This document shows, piece after piece, positions 33,101 through 46,700 of a stretch of 64,000 nt of DNA. Below the pieces are notes generated by a model, which was not told where the DNA came from, did no database searches, and worked only from the letters and a program-made list of their open reading frames with translations. The stretch is from Callorhinchus milii (lineage: Eukaryota): positions 5,890,001-5,954,000 of the forward strand of contig NW_024704760.1 of assembly GCF_018977255.1 (NCBI RefSeq), in the 5' to 3' direction. The stretch's first letter is position 1. Every line of letters starts with the position of its first letter. Made by a program: the position numbers and the translations under genes.

Positions 33101-36083
33101 CAAAATTATTCCTACATGATTTATTTTGAAAGATCTACATTTACTTAGATTTTGCTAGTATCGGACATTAGAGTAAACTTTTGCTGACTTGCATATTTTC
33201 TACTGCAAATTTAGAATGTCAGAATAATATCTTGTGCGATTTATTCTACTCTGTTTAAGTTATTATCACCCAGTGCTTATCAGTCGAGTGCTTTCCTTTA
33301 AAGGGGACACTGCTTTCCTGTTTGTTGGATGGCAGAAGAGCCCAGAAAAGATCCAAGTGTGTCATTTCCAGGGTGATGACATTGTGTGGGAGTGACGCAG
33401 CCACACAATTATCCTCATTGCAATGTGCATTTGTTAGTCAACACCAAATATTTTGCCAAACATTTCACGAAGGCAGTACCCCTTTAAATTGAGTAACTAC
33501 ACACTCCGGCTTGTGGTGGAAGCATCTGGACATAGTACAAAGATCCATGCCAAGGATTCCGCAGTTTGTCATGTGTCCCCTTAACCGTGTGGTCTGATAG
33601 CCAACCTTTATTGTTGCTAATAGATTTTTCCCTTCATTATCTGAGAGGATCATTCCAGTAGCATGTTGCAGAGAGAAAGCATTTGTCAAGCCAGTAAGTG
33701 AAACATTATTTTATTTTGATTGACTTACAGCGCAGCTTTCACTTATTTGCTTTTGCGATTATTTATACCCGGTGTGGGCTGACATTTGTGTGTTAAGCAG
33801 TCGGAAAACATTTTTTTTTAAGCAGCGTATGATATTGTTTCAAACTTTTGAAAATGAGATGTGCTAGCTTTTGAAACGTACCAAAGCCAAGACAATCTGG
33901 TTCCAGGAGATTTGCTCTTCATTCCTGAAGATTGGTGTGTTTGAGTGAGGGTTAGGGACGGGAAAGCGGGGCGGTGGTGGGGGTGGAGGGGAGTTGGGGA
34001 GATTGTCATTGTGAAGGCGATCAAGCCAAGACTGAACAGAGGAGATGTGGTGGGGGGATTGGTGAAGGTTCTGCAGGGGGTTTGCTTTGTTTCTTTACTT
34101 ACTTTCCAGGATCCTGCTTTCATGCTTAGTTGGTGCCCAGGATGAAGTCTCCAAACTGGACAGATTTTAGATGTGTGTGAAAGCAGTGGACATAATGATA
34201 ATAATAATTTTATCCTTGCATTGGATATAGCGCCTTATCAAGTGTTCGAGACGTCTCAAAGCGCTCGACAGAATATACTGTGAAGTGAATTGACTGTATA
34301 TTTTGTGGGCGAAACGCGGCAGCCAATTATGCACAACGGTGTCCCACAAACAGTCGTGGATTGAAGTGATCAATTTATTATTAGTTTTTTTAAATCAACG
34401 ATTTAAGGATTATTCAAGAGAAAGCAGGTTCCACGGTTTTTTAATATTAAAACTTCATTCAACGCTGAACGGGCTGATTGGTTGAATGGCTTTTTTGCAT
34501 GCCGTATTTTATGTTCTTACGAAGACTAATCCAAGAATTTAAGCAGCTCAGTATTCTAACTGGGATGGATGCCTGTCAAATTCAGGACATTCTGTTTCAG
34601 ACAATCCGCCATTGCTGTTATCCAGTCAAGAAATGATTAGCCACCAATAAAGGAATGTTTGTTTGACTTCATTTTTGTCTTAAAGGCAGGTGAAAGTTAT
34701 CACCTTTAAAAGACTTTAACTCATGGTATCTAAGCTTTGTGTTTTGCCCACAAAATATGGGGTCAATTCACTTTGCAATATTCTGCGAAGGGCTTTGAAA
34801 TGTCTCGAGAACGTGATAAGGTGCTATATCAAATGCAAGGTTTATTATTTTTATTATTAAACTCCTCTCTATCCCAAAGGTTACTGTCCAAAAATGATTA
34901 ATATTAAATAATTCATAAATCCTTTTATTGTTCATAACTGAATGAACTCTCTGCTTTTAACTTTTGTTAAAAAAAGTGTAACCTTAGTTATACCCCAGGC
35001 ATCCCTATACTCCCTATTTGCAGCTGTCCCATTCGCTGTTAATCTGCCTGTTCTTTTGGACCTGCATAAATCAGGTTATAACTGAATGTCCCATTCCACA
35101 CAGATCAATGCCTTGCTCCAAATACAGGCACAAATCTGCTCCTTACTCTCTCGGGGACATGTAATCACTTTGTTTCTTGATACATGATAATCCTTGCATT
35201 TGACATAGCACGTTTCATGTCCAGGAGGATGTCTCAAAGCGCTTCACAGGATTTACAGTGTTGTGACTGTATTCTGCAGATGAGTGCCGCAGCTCATTTA
35301 TGCACAGCAATGTCACGCAAACAACCTTGAAGTGAATAACCAATTGTTGGCAAAGGCGCTCTTTTCAAAAATTGCCTTGGGATTCTTAATGTCCACCTAA
35401 CCAGGCAGGTGGGTCCTCAGTTTTAATGTTTCATCTGATGGACAACACCTCTATTAATGCAGCACACCATCCAGCAATGTATTGGAGTGTTACCTTCGAT
35501 CATACGAGTTCAAAATTCTGACATGGGGCTTGAACCTGTAACCAATTGACTCAGAAGCGAGAGTGCTACCTACAAAGGAGATGGTTACTGCACCACAGGA
35601 TTTACTGTAAATACAGGCTGTGAGCCAGAGTGACTCCTAGTTAGAACAACGGAATCTGTCAGTCTGGGATAATATCGTGTCACTGTCATTACAAGGAAAG
35701 CAGAGCTCTCTGCACCAACGAGCAAAGTTTACCTGTGTCACAACACCGGTGAGGTTTTAATATTAAAAAGCCATGGACTCCGCTTTTTTTCTTGAATATT
35801 CCTTAAATCTCAGTAAATCCATTGCACTCCTCGAAAATGTCTTAAACTGGAAATGTTTAAATCTAAGAGATCTCTGTACTATAATCCTTGGGCTATCTCC
35901 CCAACGTGTGGTAAAGTTCAGAATACAAGTGGACAATAATAATCAAAGTAATCAATTTATTTTTTATTTTCACCCCCATTATTAATCTCACTCACTTGAC
36001 ATATTGGTACTGCACCTGACATGTATCATGCTTGAGCCAGAAAAGCTGCCCTATAATTAGCCCCTCCAGAGGTGTCTATTGTT

Positions 36084-36455
36084 AATAATAATAATAATCT
36101 TTGCATTTGATAAGGCGCCTGATAATATATTTGAGACGTCACAAAGCGCTTCATAGAATATACTGGAAAGTGAATTGATCGTATATTTTGTGGGCAAAAC
36201 GCAGAAGCCAATTGCGCACAGCAGCGTCCCACAAACAGCCATGGATTGCGTGACCAAATATTTTTTTTTCTGTGGAAGGGATTATTACACCCCGGAAAAG
36301 CGATCTGCCAGTCGACTGACAACCGGGTTCCTATTTACTGCTAGGTAAACAGAAACGTGTGGAGTAAGGAAACTTGTAAGCAATGTTTCGCCCTGACCGG
36401 GAATCAAACCCAGGTCCTCTCGCTTGCGAGGTGAGTGCTCTAACCACTGTGCCGC
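36084..36455 (-). mobile_element. Full-length tRNA-headed SINE
   Basis: Reverse-complement head (GCACAGTGGTTAGAGCACTCACCTCGCAAGCGAG), body and (TTA)n tail. Confidence 0.85.
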
Positions 36456-36747
36456 AACCACTATCTCGCCCTCCAGCACAGGAAGTCATCATTTGAGCAG
36501 TTTTAGCCGACTGGAGTTACCAATTCATTAACTTTACCTTGAATATTATTGATAAATGCATGGCTAAAAAAAGGGATGCAACTTCTTCTTGAGCTAAAGG
36601 GTTTCTGTCTTCCAGGCCATCAAATCTAAAAGGACATTTTCTGTAACCTGAACCTGAAAAGTCTCTGCCACTTTTGGCGTAGCTGGGAAGATATGTAAAC
36701 TCCAAGAGACTTGATCAGTAACTCGATTTGGCGATAAACATTTGAGA

Positions 36748-39700
36748 ATGTACTTGCTGGATAGTGTGGAGATGACTGACCCACAGAAGAGGATTCTTGA
36801 ACCTTTCGTACATCAGGTCGGTGGGCACACCAGCATGATGAAATATGATGACACCACCATCTGCAAACCTCTCATCTCCCAGGAACAATTGTTCTATGAG
36901 TCCCTGCCTCAGGAAATGAAACCATTCACTCCTCAGTATAAAGGTACGGTGCTTAACAATACGCTGAACACTCTCCTGTTCAGACTTTTTTTTCATTTCC
37001 AGTGGAAAATTCTGGCTGTTGGCAAAATAATTTCAGAATATTTTAATATAAAATGTCATATTGTCATATTTTATTAAGATGTGCCAAATTATCCACTTTA
37101 GAATATATTCTATGAAGTGCTTTGAGACGTCTCGACGATATGATAAGGCTCTATACTAAATGCAAGGATTATTATTATTATTATTGATGCACAGTAAATT
37201 GCATCATCTTTACCTATGATGGTGCCATTTTTCAGGAATGCATTTAGAACAAAAATTGAAAGTAGAAGGAAGGTTATGTCTGCAAAATATGAAACAGAAA
37301 TGCTGCCCATATCTTTTGTAATAGTCCCAAAATTCCTTACGGAAATCGCTCCGTACAGAGTGATGTAGTACTCCAAGCAAAGTCATAACTTAAGCATGTA
37401 TTGGAACGGGATGATAGCAACTACACTGCTACTACCCCACTGAGTGTTCAGTACTCGGTACATTATGATGGGAGACAGATAGTATAAGGATTTTAAAGTG
37501 CGAATAATAATAATAATCCTTGCATTTGATATAGCGCTTTTCACGTCTTCTCAACATCTCAAAGCACTCCACAGAATAGACTGTAAAGTGAATTGACCGT
37601 ATACTTGTGGACAAAACGCGGCAGCCAATTGCGCACAGCGGCGTTCCCACAAACAGTCGTGGATTGAAAATGACCAATTGTTTTGGAGGGACAATTTTCA
37701 TAAGCGAGATTGCACTCTTTCAAATGTGTAAAATACATGTTTGTATTTGCAACGACAACTACTACAACAAATTACGTTTGTATAGCATCTTTCACGTTGA
37801 GATGACGTCCCAAGGCGCTGAATTTACGTTCCTTTAGACTTGTGCCATTATCTTTGATCTAACAATGATGATTATTTTAGCCTTATAGGGTAAACTTCAT
37901 GATGCAAAGTGATAATTGAACATTTCTGCTGCAAAGACAAGAGAAATTACTGCTCGTGACAAAGAGCATTTTAAAAAAAACTCAACACATCATAGCTTCA
38001 GCGTTTGGTTATGAACTACTTGTATAATAGAGTCACATGCGTGGCACAAAGGGATGAAAGGGATATTGAATGCAGAGCCAGTGCATAAGCAAATGTGCCT
38101 GTGCACAAGTTTAAATGGTTCGGTCCTTCAAGTGCCTATGAAAAATTATCTGCATTATTACCTTCCGCTCACTGTTTTTTGATAGGAGGATCATGTACCT
38201 GCAGAGGTATCTTTGCTTTCTGTGTAATGTGTGCAGGTAAAATAATTCACAGATATCATATAGAAGTTATCTTCTGCATTAATTATGTGTGGGTATACAC
38301 ATTTCAAGCAGCAGAGGTTGTCTGTATGCAAACTATGCAACTCGTCTAGCAACAAACATGAAGGTCATAATTTGCATTAAAATGCTTTGTACAGAAGTCC
38401 AACTGAATGACTGACGAGACACAAATAGCCTGTAATTGGATTGTACAGGTTGAGTGAAAAGCCAAAGGAGATGTCCTTTTGAACTAGGAGTTTGCAGCAA
38501 TTGAAAATGAATTACAGTGTCGTGGAGCCTTTATAGCAGCGATAAAAGTAGTAAGATAAATGGTGCATTGTTCAGTTATGCAGATATATGTCTGGCCAAG
38601 AAAATTGTCCCATGACTGTAACCCTGATATCTAAGATATTTGCTTATATAATTTAACCCTCTGTAAAATAGCTATTCACCTCTGCACACATACACGCAGC
38701 ATAAATTTAGCTGTCTATGTACTGTAATGTTTGGAAATTAGTTGCCAACGAATTTTAGCTTTAGTGTGTTTATATTGGATAGAGCCAAGACTTTTTTTGA
38801 TAAGAGATAAAAGGTGACATAGATGTTTATTTTTGACGACGTGAAAATCTCAAGGGCATTCTCACTCCTCGCCCTAAATTTAGAAGGAATGTGCTTCAAG
38901 CGGAGAAATAACAGTCTAATAATAACCACTTGGGAACAATGGCCTTTATGCTTGAAAAATAACGGATATTTAAAGAAACGGAATATAAAGTGTTATACAC
39001 CTTATCTAGTAATTTTACGAATATTGTCTCCTCTCTCCCCTTTAAGTTTCTCAAGGCCCAGCTGTCACTGCTGACTATTGTGAGGTCAGGAAGCTAATCT
39101 GTTCCCAGGTTTATGTCAGTGCTGCTGCTGGTATGAAGCAAACGAGAGTTATTTGAATGACTCATCCTCTCAAGTTTCCTTCCCTTGTGTGGAGGAGTTC
39201 CTCGCTTCTCTGTTACTTCTTCCCTGATGAAATGGGACGTCCTCCTGACGTGAAAGCGTGGCATGAGTGGAATATATGTTGCGGTTGTTGTTGCACGCGT
39301 GTGATCAAATAATCAAAAGACTCGCCGTGCCACCGATATTATGCTCTTAAAGACTTTTACAGCTTTTGCAGATTAAAAAAAACATTTGAAAGACACTGCT
39401 GCTCTTTACACGGTTTTCAACTCAGGTTTGGAGGAGAGGGGCAAAATACAGGGGGACTGAGAGAGATCTCAAAGTGGCAGCTCCCAGTAGGAAGAACAAC
39501 AACAACAACAACTTGCCTTTATATAGTGCCCCTCATGCAGGGTAGATTCTCAGAGCACTTATGGAAGCACCTGAACGTCATGCTGCATAAAGGAATTATG
39601 CATGATATATGGTGAGAACTTCACTAAAATCAATTGAATGACCACATTTTATTTGAGGGGTTAACACCCTCTGCCAATGGACTAACGACCTGGTCCCTAC

Positions 39701-42700
39701 TTACTACGAGGTAAACAGAAGCGTGTTTGAGTAAGGAAACTTGCCTAAGGTTTCATCCCGCCTGGAAATCGAACCCGAACCCACTCGCTTGCGAGGCGAG
39801 CGTGATAACCAATATGCTACAGGACTCCTAACTCAGGTTTGAAAGAGGACTTCTGTAGGCTAAGGAACATTATTTTTTTACTGCTGGTGGTAATAGGACT
39901 GACCCCATAAAATGTATTTTTGTACTATCATTGTGTAACCTGACCATCAGCACTGGCCCACGTACTGTGGAAAGCTCTGAACTTTTATGGCATCATTCTG
40001 CACTTAGCAATGCTTACTTTTCCTGGTCATTTGTGCTGTCTCTTAATCATGCAATGCACAACCAGACCACGTGTCGACACAGCGCTTTTCAGCATCTCAT
40101 TCATCAACGCCATTTATGTTTAACAAGCAGCTAATTTCAGCCCTGCTAATGGGTGCACTCAAATATCACCCTCCATCGTACAATTGTAGTGCCAGTGGTG
40201 CCTCGCTGTGTTTCAAGTCTTTCTCGTGAGCGAAACACATTCAGTCACATATGCTCTCGTGCAGCGCTTTAGTTTACTACGTAAACCTGGGCCATTTTGT
40301 GATCAATTGGAAACAAGTTTAAAATTCCCAAACTGTCGCGTTTTCTGGAACTTTGGTACTTTGCTGTTTAAATATGGAAGAAGTTTTTCAAAGTAGTTCT
40401 CGCTCCAAAATTGCTGATTCCATCAGAAGATGAGACTGAATGAAAAGTAGCAGTGTGTGTTGTTCAGTGTTGCTTCACAAACCCACAAAATACATAATCA
40501 CTCACTCCCCTTTCCAATATATTCTGTGAAGAGCTTCGAGACATCTCAATGAGGCGCTATAATCAAATGCAAGGATTATTATTATTTTTATTATTATTAT
40601 TACATTTGGCTGGTACTGCTGGCAGAAAGACATTTCGTGGTACCTAAATGAGTTTTAACTTGGCGAATTGAATTGTCTGTCGTGACGCGATGGACTGCTT
40701 TGCCGTTTCAGGGACCATTTCAGTCTGTCTTGAGAAGGACAGCAGCGGCCAGCTGAGTTTGGTGGCTTGTCCTCAAGCCCAAAAGATCAGCGGCGCAGAG
40801 AAAGGAGGACCTGAGGCTCCGGCAATGGCAAAACGGAAGCACAAGCGAGGAAGCCAGCGTGTAATGGGCAGCAGTGATCACAGTGCTGGTATCATCGAGA
40901 GCTCCCAGCTGGAGGGAAGCAGCCATGACAGGTAATCCTCGCTTTGCTTTCTCCTGCAGCACAGTCCAATGCTTCCTTCCCAGTTCCATCAAAGGCAGGT
41001 TGAGGTTAATTTCGGCCAATACTTTTTCTCTTAAGTGCTCGTCTTTAACTCAAAGCAGACTGCGTGGTAATAATTCCCTTTCTCCCCTGCGGATAAATCA
41101 ATAATAATAATAATAATCTGCGATTCGATACAGCACCTTGTCATGTCGTCGAGACGTCTCAAGGCGCTTCACAATACATACTGTGAAGAAGATTGACTAT
41201 ATATATATGTATATATATTGTGGGCGAAACGCGGCAGCCGATTGCGCACGGCAGCGCCCCACAGACAGCCGTGGATTGAGTGACCCAATTATTATTTGCT
41301 TGTTTGTTTATTTGTTTGTTTTTCAAATCGAGCTTGGACTAAAAAAATATTAGTCATATGAAAATTCTGTCACGGGTTCTGTAAACAGGAAGCACAAGCC
41401 AGTGTGGAATGGGCGGCAGTGGCTACAATGATGGCATCAAGTGCTCTGGGATGCTACCCTGCATGAGGGGGGGTGGGTCTATATAAATGCAAGTTGTTGT
41501 TGTATCATCATTGACAGCCCCTTACTGGAGGGTTCAGCAATGCCAAACTCTCTCATGACATGACCTGCAATGCATTGGGAAGCTAAGGATAAGGCGGGTT
41601 ATTATTTCGGGCTGTTTTGATGCCACAAATATATATTCTAAATGTACTTGGAATGTCACAGCAGCTACACTTCCTCCAGGGCTCTGAGGTTGGCCGTGAG
41701 AATCTGTTCCGGCAATCTGTTTCAGATGATGGACGGAAACCAGGGCTCCAACTCAGAGAAAAACTGCTTCAACCCTTGGAGTCTGCAATGTCACAGGGAG
41801 CAGCTCAGCCGCATGTGCTCGGAGTCCAAGGAGAAGAAATTATACAGTATCCTCTCGCTACCTGAAGGGCGCTGTATAAATAAATGCAAGTTGTTGTTGT
41901 TGTTGCTTTACACACCTGATCACACAGCGATATATTCCAATGTTATAGCAAACACCATTCCTAGAGCAGCAATGGTGAATTATAACAATAATTTTTACAT
42001 TCGAAATGCAAGTAGTTCCTTCTCAAATCCTTAAAAAGTCTCAAAGTGCTTTACGGGATTTACTGTATAGATTTACTGTCTTGTTTAAAAATTATTCCCT
42101 CTTTTTACCTTTTTTCCCAAAACACAGTCAATCCACTTTACAGTATATTCTGTGAATAGTGTTGAGACGTCTCAATGACACGATATTAATCCAAAAAATA
42201 ACCCTTGCAATTGATATAAGTGCTCTGAGAGCCTGTCCTGTGCTTCACAGAATATGCTGTAAAGTGTAGTGACTGTGTCTTTTGTGAGCAATAAGGCACT
42301 CTATCAAATGCAAGGATTATGATTATTAGACTTTTTTAAAAAAACTTCTTCTGCTTGTTTAATCGCATCTTCTGCTTGTTTAATGACGTGCGATATTTGC
42401 AGTAGTGATGTTTCGTCTCCACTGGAGGACGCTATTTTGAGTGGTTCACATTATAACAAACCATGCATTTTTTTTTACACACACCCATGATCGCTTTGGA
42501 TTAAAACTTTATTGCAGTTCATAAATGTGTAATCTGTAACTTCGTCTGTAATGTTCGTTTTCATCGTTCTGTTTTGTGAAAAAAATATAATCCAAAAAAT
42601 AGATTTTTTGGAATATCTTTGAAATTTCATGTAGTTGTTCAGAGTCCGAACGTAAAAAGTTATTTCGAAAGCAATTGCTGCCAACATCAGAATAATTAGT

Positions 42701-45348
42701 GTGTTAAAGATTTGAAAAGTTATTTTTATTCAGTTCCTTGTGCAGAATACTGAAAAGCAAATTAATTAATTTCTGATTTGGAAAAAACGGTCAACAGACT
42801 AGATTAAGTTGATGCTTTGCCAGTAGATTGAAATGATATAAGAGACACACTACACGATGTACACGATGTGGAGTCCTGTAGCTCAGTGGTTAGAGCACTC
42901 GCTTTGCAAGTGAGAGACCTGAGTTCAATTCCAGGCAGAGGGCGAAACCTTGGGCAAGTTTCCTTACTCCACACAGAGCCTAATAATAATCCTCCAAAAC
43001 CCAAAACAATAATTAAATTGGTCATTTTCAATCTACGACTGTTTGTGGGACATTGCTGTGCGCAATTGGCTGCCGCATTCGCCCACAAATATACAGTCAA
43101 TTCACTTTACAGTGTGTTCTGTGAAGCACTTTGGGACGTCCTCCCGACGTGAAAAGCGCTATATCAAATGCAAGGATTATTATTATTATTACAACGTATG
43201 TTATGTCTCATATAAACCAGCCACATATTATTACCTTTGTATGTCTTATATTTCAACAAGCCTGAAGAGAAATGTAATGATTCTACATCATCTGAGCAAG
43301 TCTGCATCGTGCCAAAAAAAGCCCAACATGCTTTCAGCCACTACAACAAGAACAACAACAACTACACCCCCAAACTCTATCCCTCTGTCCCTCCGTCTTG
43401 CTCCTTCAGGTCGAGCCCGAACCTTCCTATTCGACCGTGCCTACCAGTCACCCCCTCCCACCTCCCAGCTCGGAGTCGTGATCTGCCACTGTCCAGCGCT
43501 CTGGGACTCTGCCTTTCATGAAACATTGCAACTTGTTGTTGTTGTCGTTGTTAAATGAACCTATTGGAGTATCAAAATAGAAAATGTTCGCATGTATCTT
43601 GTTCCAAAAAAGAACTCTTGTTTTCCTTAACACTGAAATCAGGATTTCTCTTACTGGAAAATGTCGTGTCGCAGTTCAAATGTCCCAGCATCCTGGATTT
43701 AAAGATGGGCACCAGACAACATGGGGACGATGCCTCAGAGGAGAAGAAAGCCCGACACATACAGAAGTGTGAGCAAAGCACCTCGGCATCACTGGGAGTC
43801 CGCATCTGTGGAATGCAGGTAACTGATCACAGACCTATTTATTTACATCTTTTGCCAATTACAGATAAGAGCGCAAGAAATGCTTAACGAAAAAAGACCA
43901 ACCCAGGTCGCCTTCCACCTTCCTCGCGGTCGCACGCATGTATTGTATTGTCCGGATCTACCCATGTACTGTTTCCCATAATGTTATTTCCTAAAAGAAA
44001 ACTATCTAATCTGTGTTTGAAGGAATCAACATTTCTTGCTTCAGGCGTCTCCCTAGGGAGCCTTTTCCACAGGTCCAGTTGATGGATATTTTTTTTCGGT
44101 AATGTGGTGCTCACTCACTTCTGCGCTAAAGTGTCACCGTATGTTAGCAACTCAATTGCCAAAGTAGGGCTTCAACCCGCGGCTTTCTGACATGGAGACG
44201 AGAGTGCTACCAACTGAAAGGGGCTGAAATGTTGCATGTATTGCATCCGTGTAACGTGACAGCATGGTAATGGGTCATTCGGCCCAACTGGTCCGTGCTG
44301 GTGTTGTGTTTATTCTTCACGCGAGTCCCCACCCCTCTTATTCCCATCTCCTCTATTCCCTTCTCCTTCATGAATGCACTAAATGTCCTTTTATTTATGC
44401 GGATGGTTTCTGCTTCAACCCATATTGATTGATAACTATGCATAACTGTGTGCATTTGTTAACACTGAACAGTTAATGACAAACAGCAATGTGCCTACAA
44501 TAGCACTTTGGAATAATAATAATAATAATCCTTGCCTTGATATAGTGCTTTATCATGTCTTCAAGGCGTCTCAAAGCGCTTCACAGAATATACTGTAAAG
44601 TGAATTGACTGTATATTTTATGAGCGAAAAGTGGCAGCCAGTTGCCCACTGTTTTTATGCCACTGTCTGTTTATATTGGCTTTATAAATGTAGCCCAGAA
44701 GCACATTATGCAGCATTATTTGGATCCAGCTGTAGATAAAATTACAACCATCATATTTATTGCGCTGCATATATCTCTAGAGTGGAAAAACTTTACGTTT
44801 AAAAAATTAAAGGATCAATTTTATAATTTACTTTATTTCAGATTTACCAGCCTGAGAGCGGTCACTTCCTGTGTCGGAACAAGTATTATGGACGATCTCT
44901 TTCGACTGAAGGTTTCAAACAGTCCCTTTACCAGTTTCTACACAACGGCACGTACCTCAGGAAGGACTTGATCGAGCCTGTTCTACTTCGACTCAAAGCT
45001 CTCAAGGCAGTGATAGAGAAGCAGAGCTCCTATAGATTCTACTCCAGTTCACTTCTTATCATTTATGACGGAAAAGAGATGAAAGCAGAACAGAAAAGGA
45101 ACAGTGCGGAGATCCAAATGCACAAACTTTCGTGCAATAACTGTAACTGTAATCTCTTTTCCGACGTCTCCCCACAGCCTGGAAATGGTTCAGCCAAGAT
45201 TGAGGTTCATATGATAGATTTCGCTCACACGACATACAAGGATTTCCAGTCTTACCAGGGCACTCACGACGGACCCGATAAAGGTTATATCTTTGGCCTG
45301 GATAATCTAATTCAAATTCTTCAGACGTTAAGGGATGAAACCGAATAA
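36748..45348 (+). CDS. IP6K3: Inositol hexakisphosphate kinase 3, ~421 aa; coding exons 36748-36943, 40712-40931, 41680-41846 (in-frame alternative acceptors 41662/41665), 43643-43818, 44842-45348
   Basis: Contains [26 protein letters not shown], the PxxxDxKxG motif ([25 protein letters not shown]), [10 protein letters not shown] and MIDFAH. Splice phases are consistent. The position downstream of LEMD2 matches IP6K3 synteny. Confidence 0.92.
39655..39828 (-). mobile_element. SINE 5' half (tRNA head)
   Basis: Reverse complement of GGAGTCCTGTAGC...CTCGCCTCGCAAGCGAG...GGCAAGTTTCCTTACTC. Confidence 0.75.
42869..43190 (+). mobile_element. Young full-length tRNA-headed SINE inside the IP6K3 U12 intron
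   Basis: Near-identical to 19853-20181, including the shortened middle region and the GGGACGTCCTCCCGACGTGAAAAG tail. Confidence 0.9.
43362..43552 (+). mobile_element. L2 LINE 3' fragment
   Basis: [12 protein letters not shown]...TFLFDRAY followed by a (GTT)n tail. Confidence 0.65.
43870..44085 (-). mobile_element. CR1-like LINE 3' fragment
   Basis: The minus-strand translation [25 protein letters not shown] resembles a CR1 ORF2 end. Confidence 0.6.
44255..44420 (-). mobile_element. Degenerate CR1-type 3' end, also present at ~538-650
   Basis: Contains CATTCGGCCC (reverse complement of the CR1 tail GGGCCGAATG) and shares CACCCCTCTT-A-TTCCC-TCTCC with 595-620. Confidence 0.5.
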
Positions 45349-45556
45349 ACTGCGTGTGACAGAAGAATGTCTAACTGTGCGGCGAAGAACTGAAAATAAG
45401 TTGTATGACTTTTTTGTCGCTCTTTCTAATGTGGTTCAAGGGTTATTGAATTTTATGATCCAAGCCTCCGGCATTGTTCCAGATGGAGAGGTGTAAAAGT
45501 ACATCCTTTGTAAGATACCTATTTGCCATTCTTTAGTTGTAATAATGAATGTTGTA

Positions 45557-45562
45557 AATAAA
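45557..45562 (+). terminator. Candidate IP6K3 polyadenylation signal
   Basis: AATAAA about 210 nt after the stop codon. Confidence 0.45.
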
Positions 45563-46396
45563 GGAAGAATTCAGCACTATCACTTATTGAAGATAAAACC
45601 ACAGTGTACAGTGGAAATCAACTCTGGTGTTTGCGAGTGATAAAACTCAAACAGCGTTGAATCCAAATCATATCACTGCGTGTTCTGACGGTTTCAGTGC
45701 AGCTTTCTGCACGATAATTTACAGTCTGCGAGTAACATGCTCTATAAATGTTGGAAGCATTACACTGTTTATATATATAAAAAATTGTTTTTTTAACTCA
45801 TTCACTGCCTGGCTGCTGCTTTTGCAATATGACTTACTTCCTCCACTCAGAAGGTAAACGACAACCGGGACAGGTGGCAGGAAAGGGGCTGAGGCCAGGA
45901 CACTGGATTCATTTTGCCCACAAAACCTACAGTCGCATTGCAGTATATTCTGTGAAGCGCTTTGAGAGGTCTAGAAGATGTGATAAGGCGCTGTATCAAA
46001 TGCAATGATTATTATTATTATTATTATAAAGTAGCTTGATCCTGTGATCTGGGGTCGTTAGGGTGGGTGTTCTGGAAGGATAAGCTCCAGTGGGCCGAAT
46101 GGCTTTCTTCGTCCAAACTAATTTCAGAATCTCGTGACTCTCACTGTTGTAGCGACAATTCACACCTATTTGGGGTCAGATCAGACAGTGGAACTAGTGC
46201 AAACCGGGGCCTGCAGGAGTGAATTAATTAAAGTATCTCATTTTAAAAAAAAGGTAAGTTACACATGTGAGTCTTCCTGAAATTAATTCAGCATTTTCTG
46301 GGGGAGTTTGTTGCTCTGGATCAGTTTTTTTTTCATCCACAGGTTAGCTTTTATAGGTCAGTTTACATAAAGGTTATAAAAAATGGCATCTATGTA

Positions 46397-46700
46397 GGGC
46401 GAAATGTTGGGCAAGTTTCCTTACTCCACACGCCTTTACTTACCTCGTAGTAAGTACGAACCCGGTTGTTAGTCAATTGGCGGATCGAGTTTCCGGGGTA
46501 ATAATTCCCTCAAAAAAAATAATAATTTGGTCACTTCAATCCACCACTGTTTGTGGGACACTGCTGTGTGCAATTGGCTGTCGCGTTTCGCCCAAAAATA
46601 TACAGTCAATTCACTTTACAGTAAATTCTGTGAAGCGCTTTGGGACATCGCGAAGACGTGATAAGGCGCTGTATCAAATGCAAGGATTATTATTTATTAT
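46397..46700 (+). mobile_element. 5'-truncated tRNA-headed SINE
   Basis: GGGCGAAATGTTGGGCAAGTTTCCTTACTCC through to the AAATGCAAGGATTATT tail. Confidence 0.85.

Larger units (their letters stand above)
41847..43642 (+). other. IP6K3: U12-type (minor spliceosome) GT-AG intron of IP6K3
   Basis: 5' site GTATCCTCT at 41847; branch site TTTTCCTTAAC at 43621-43631; AG at 43641-43642 with no polypyrimidine tract; in-frame join [10 protein letters not shown]. Confidence 0.9.
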
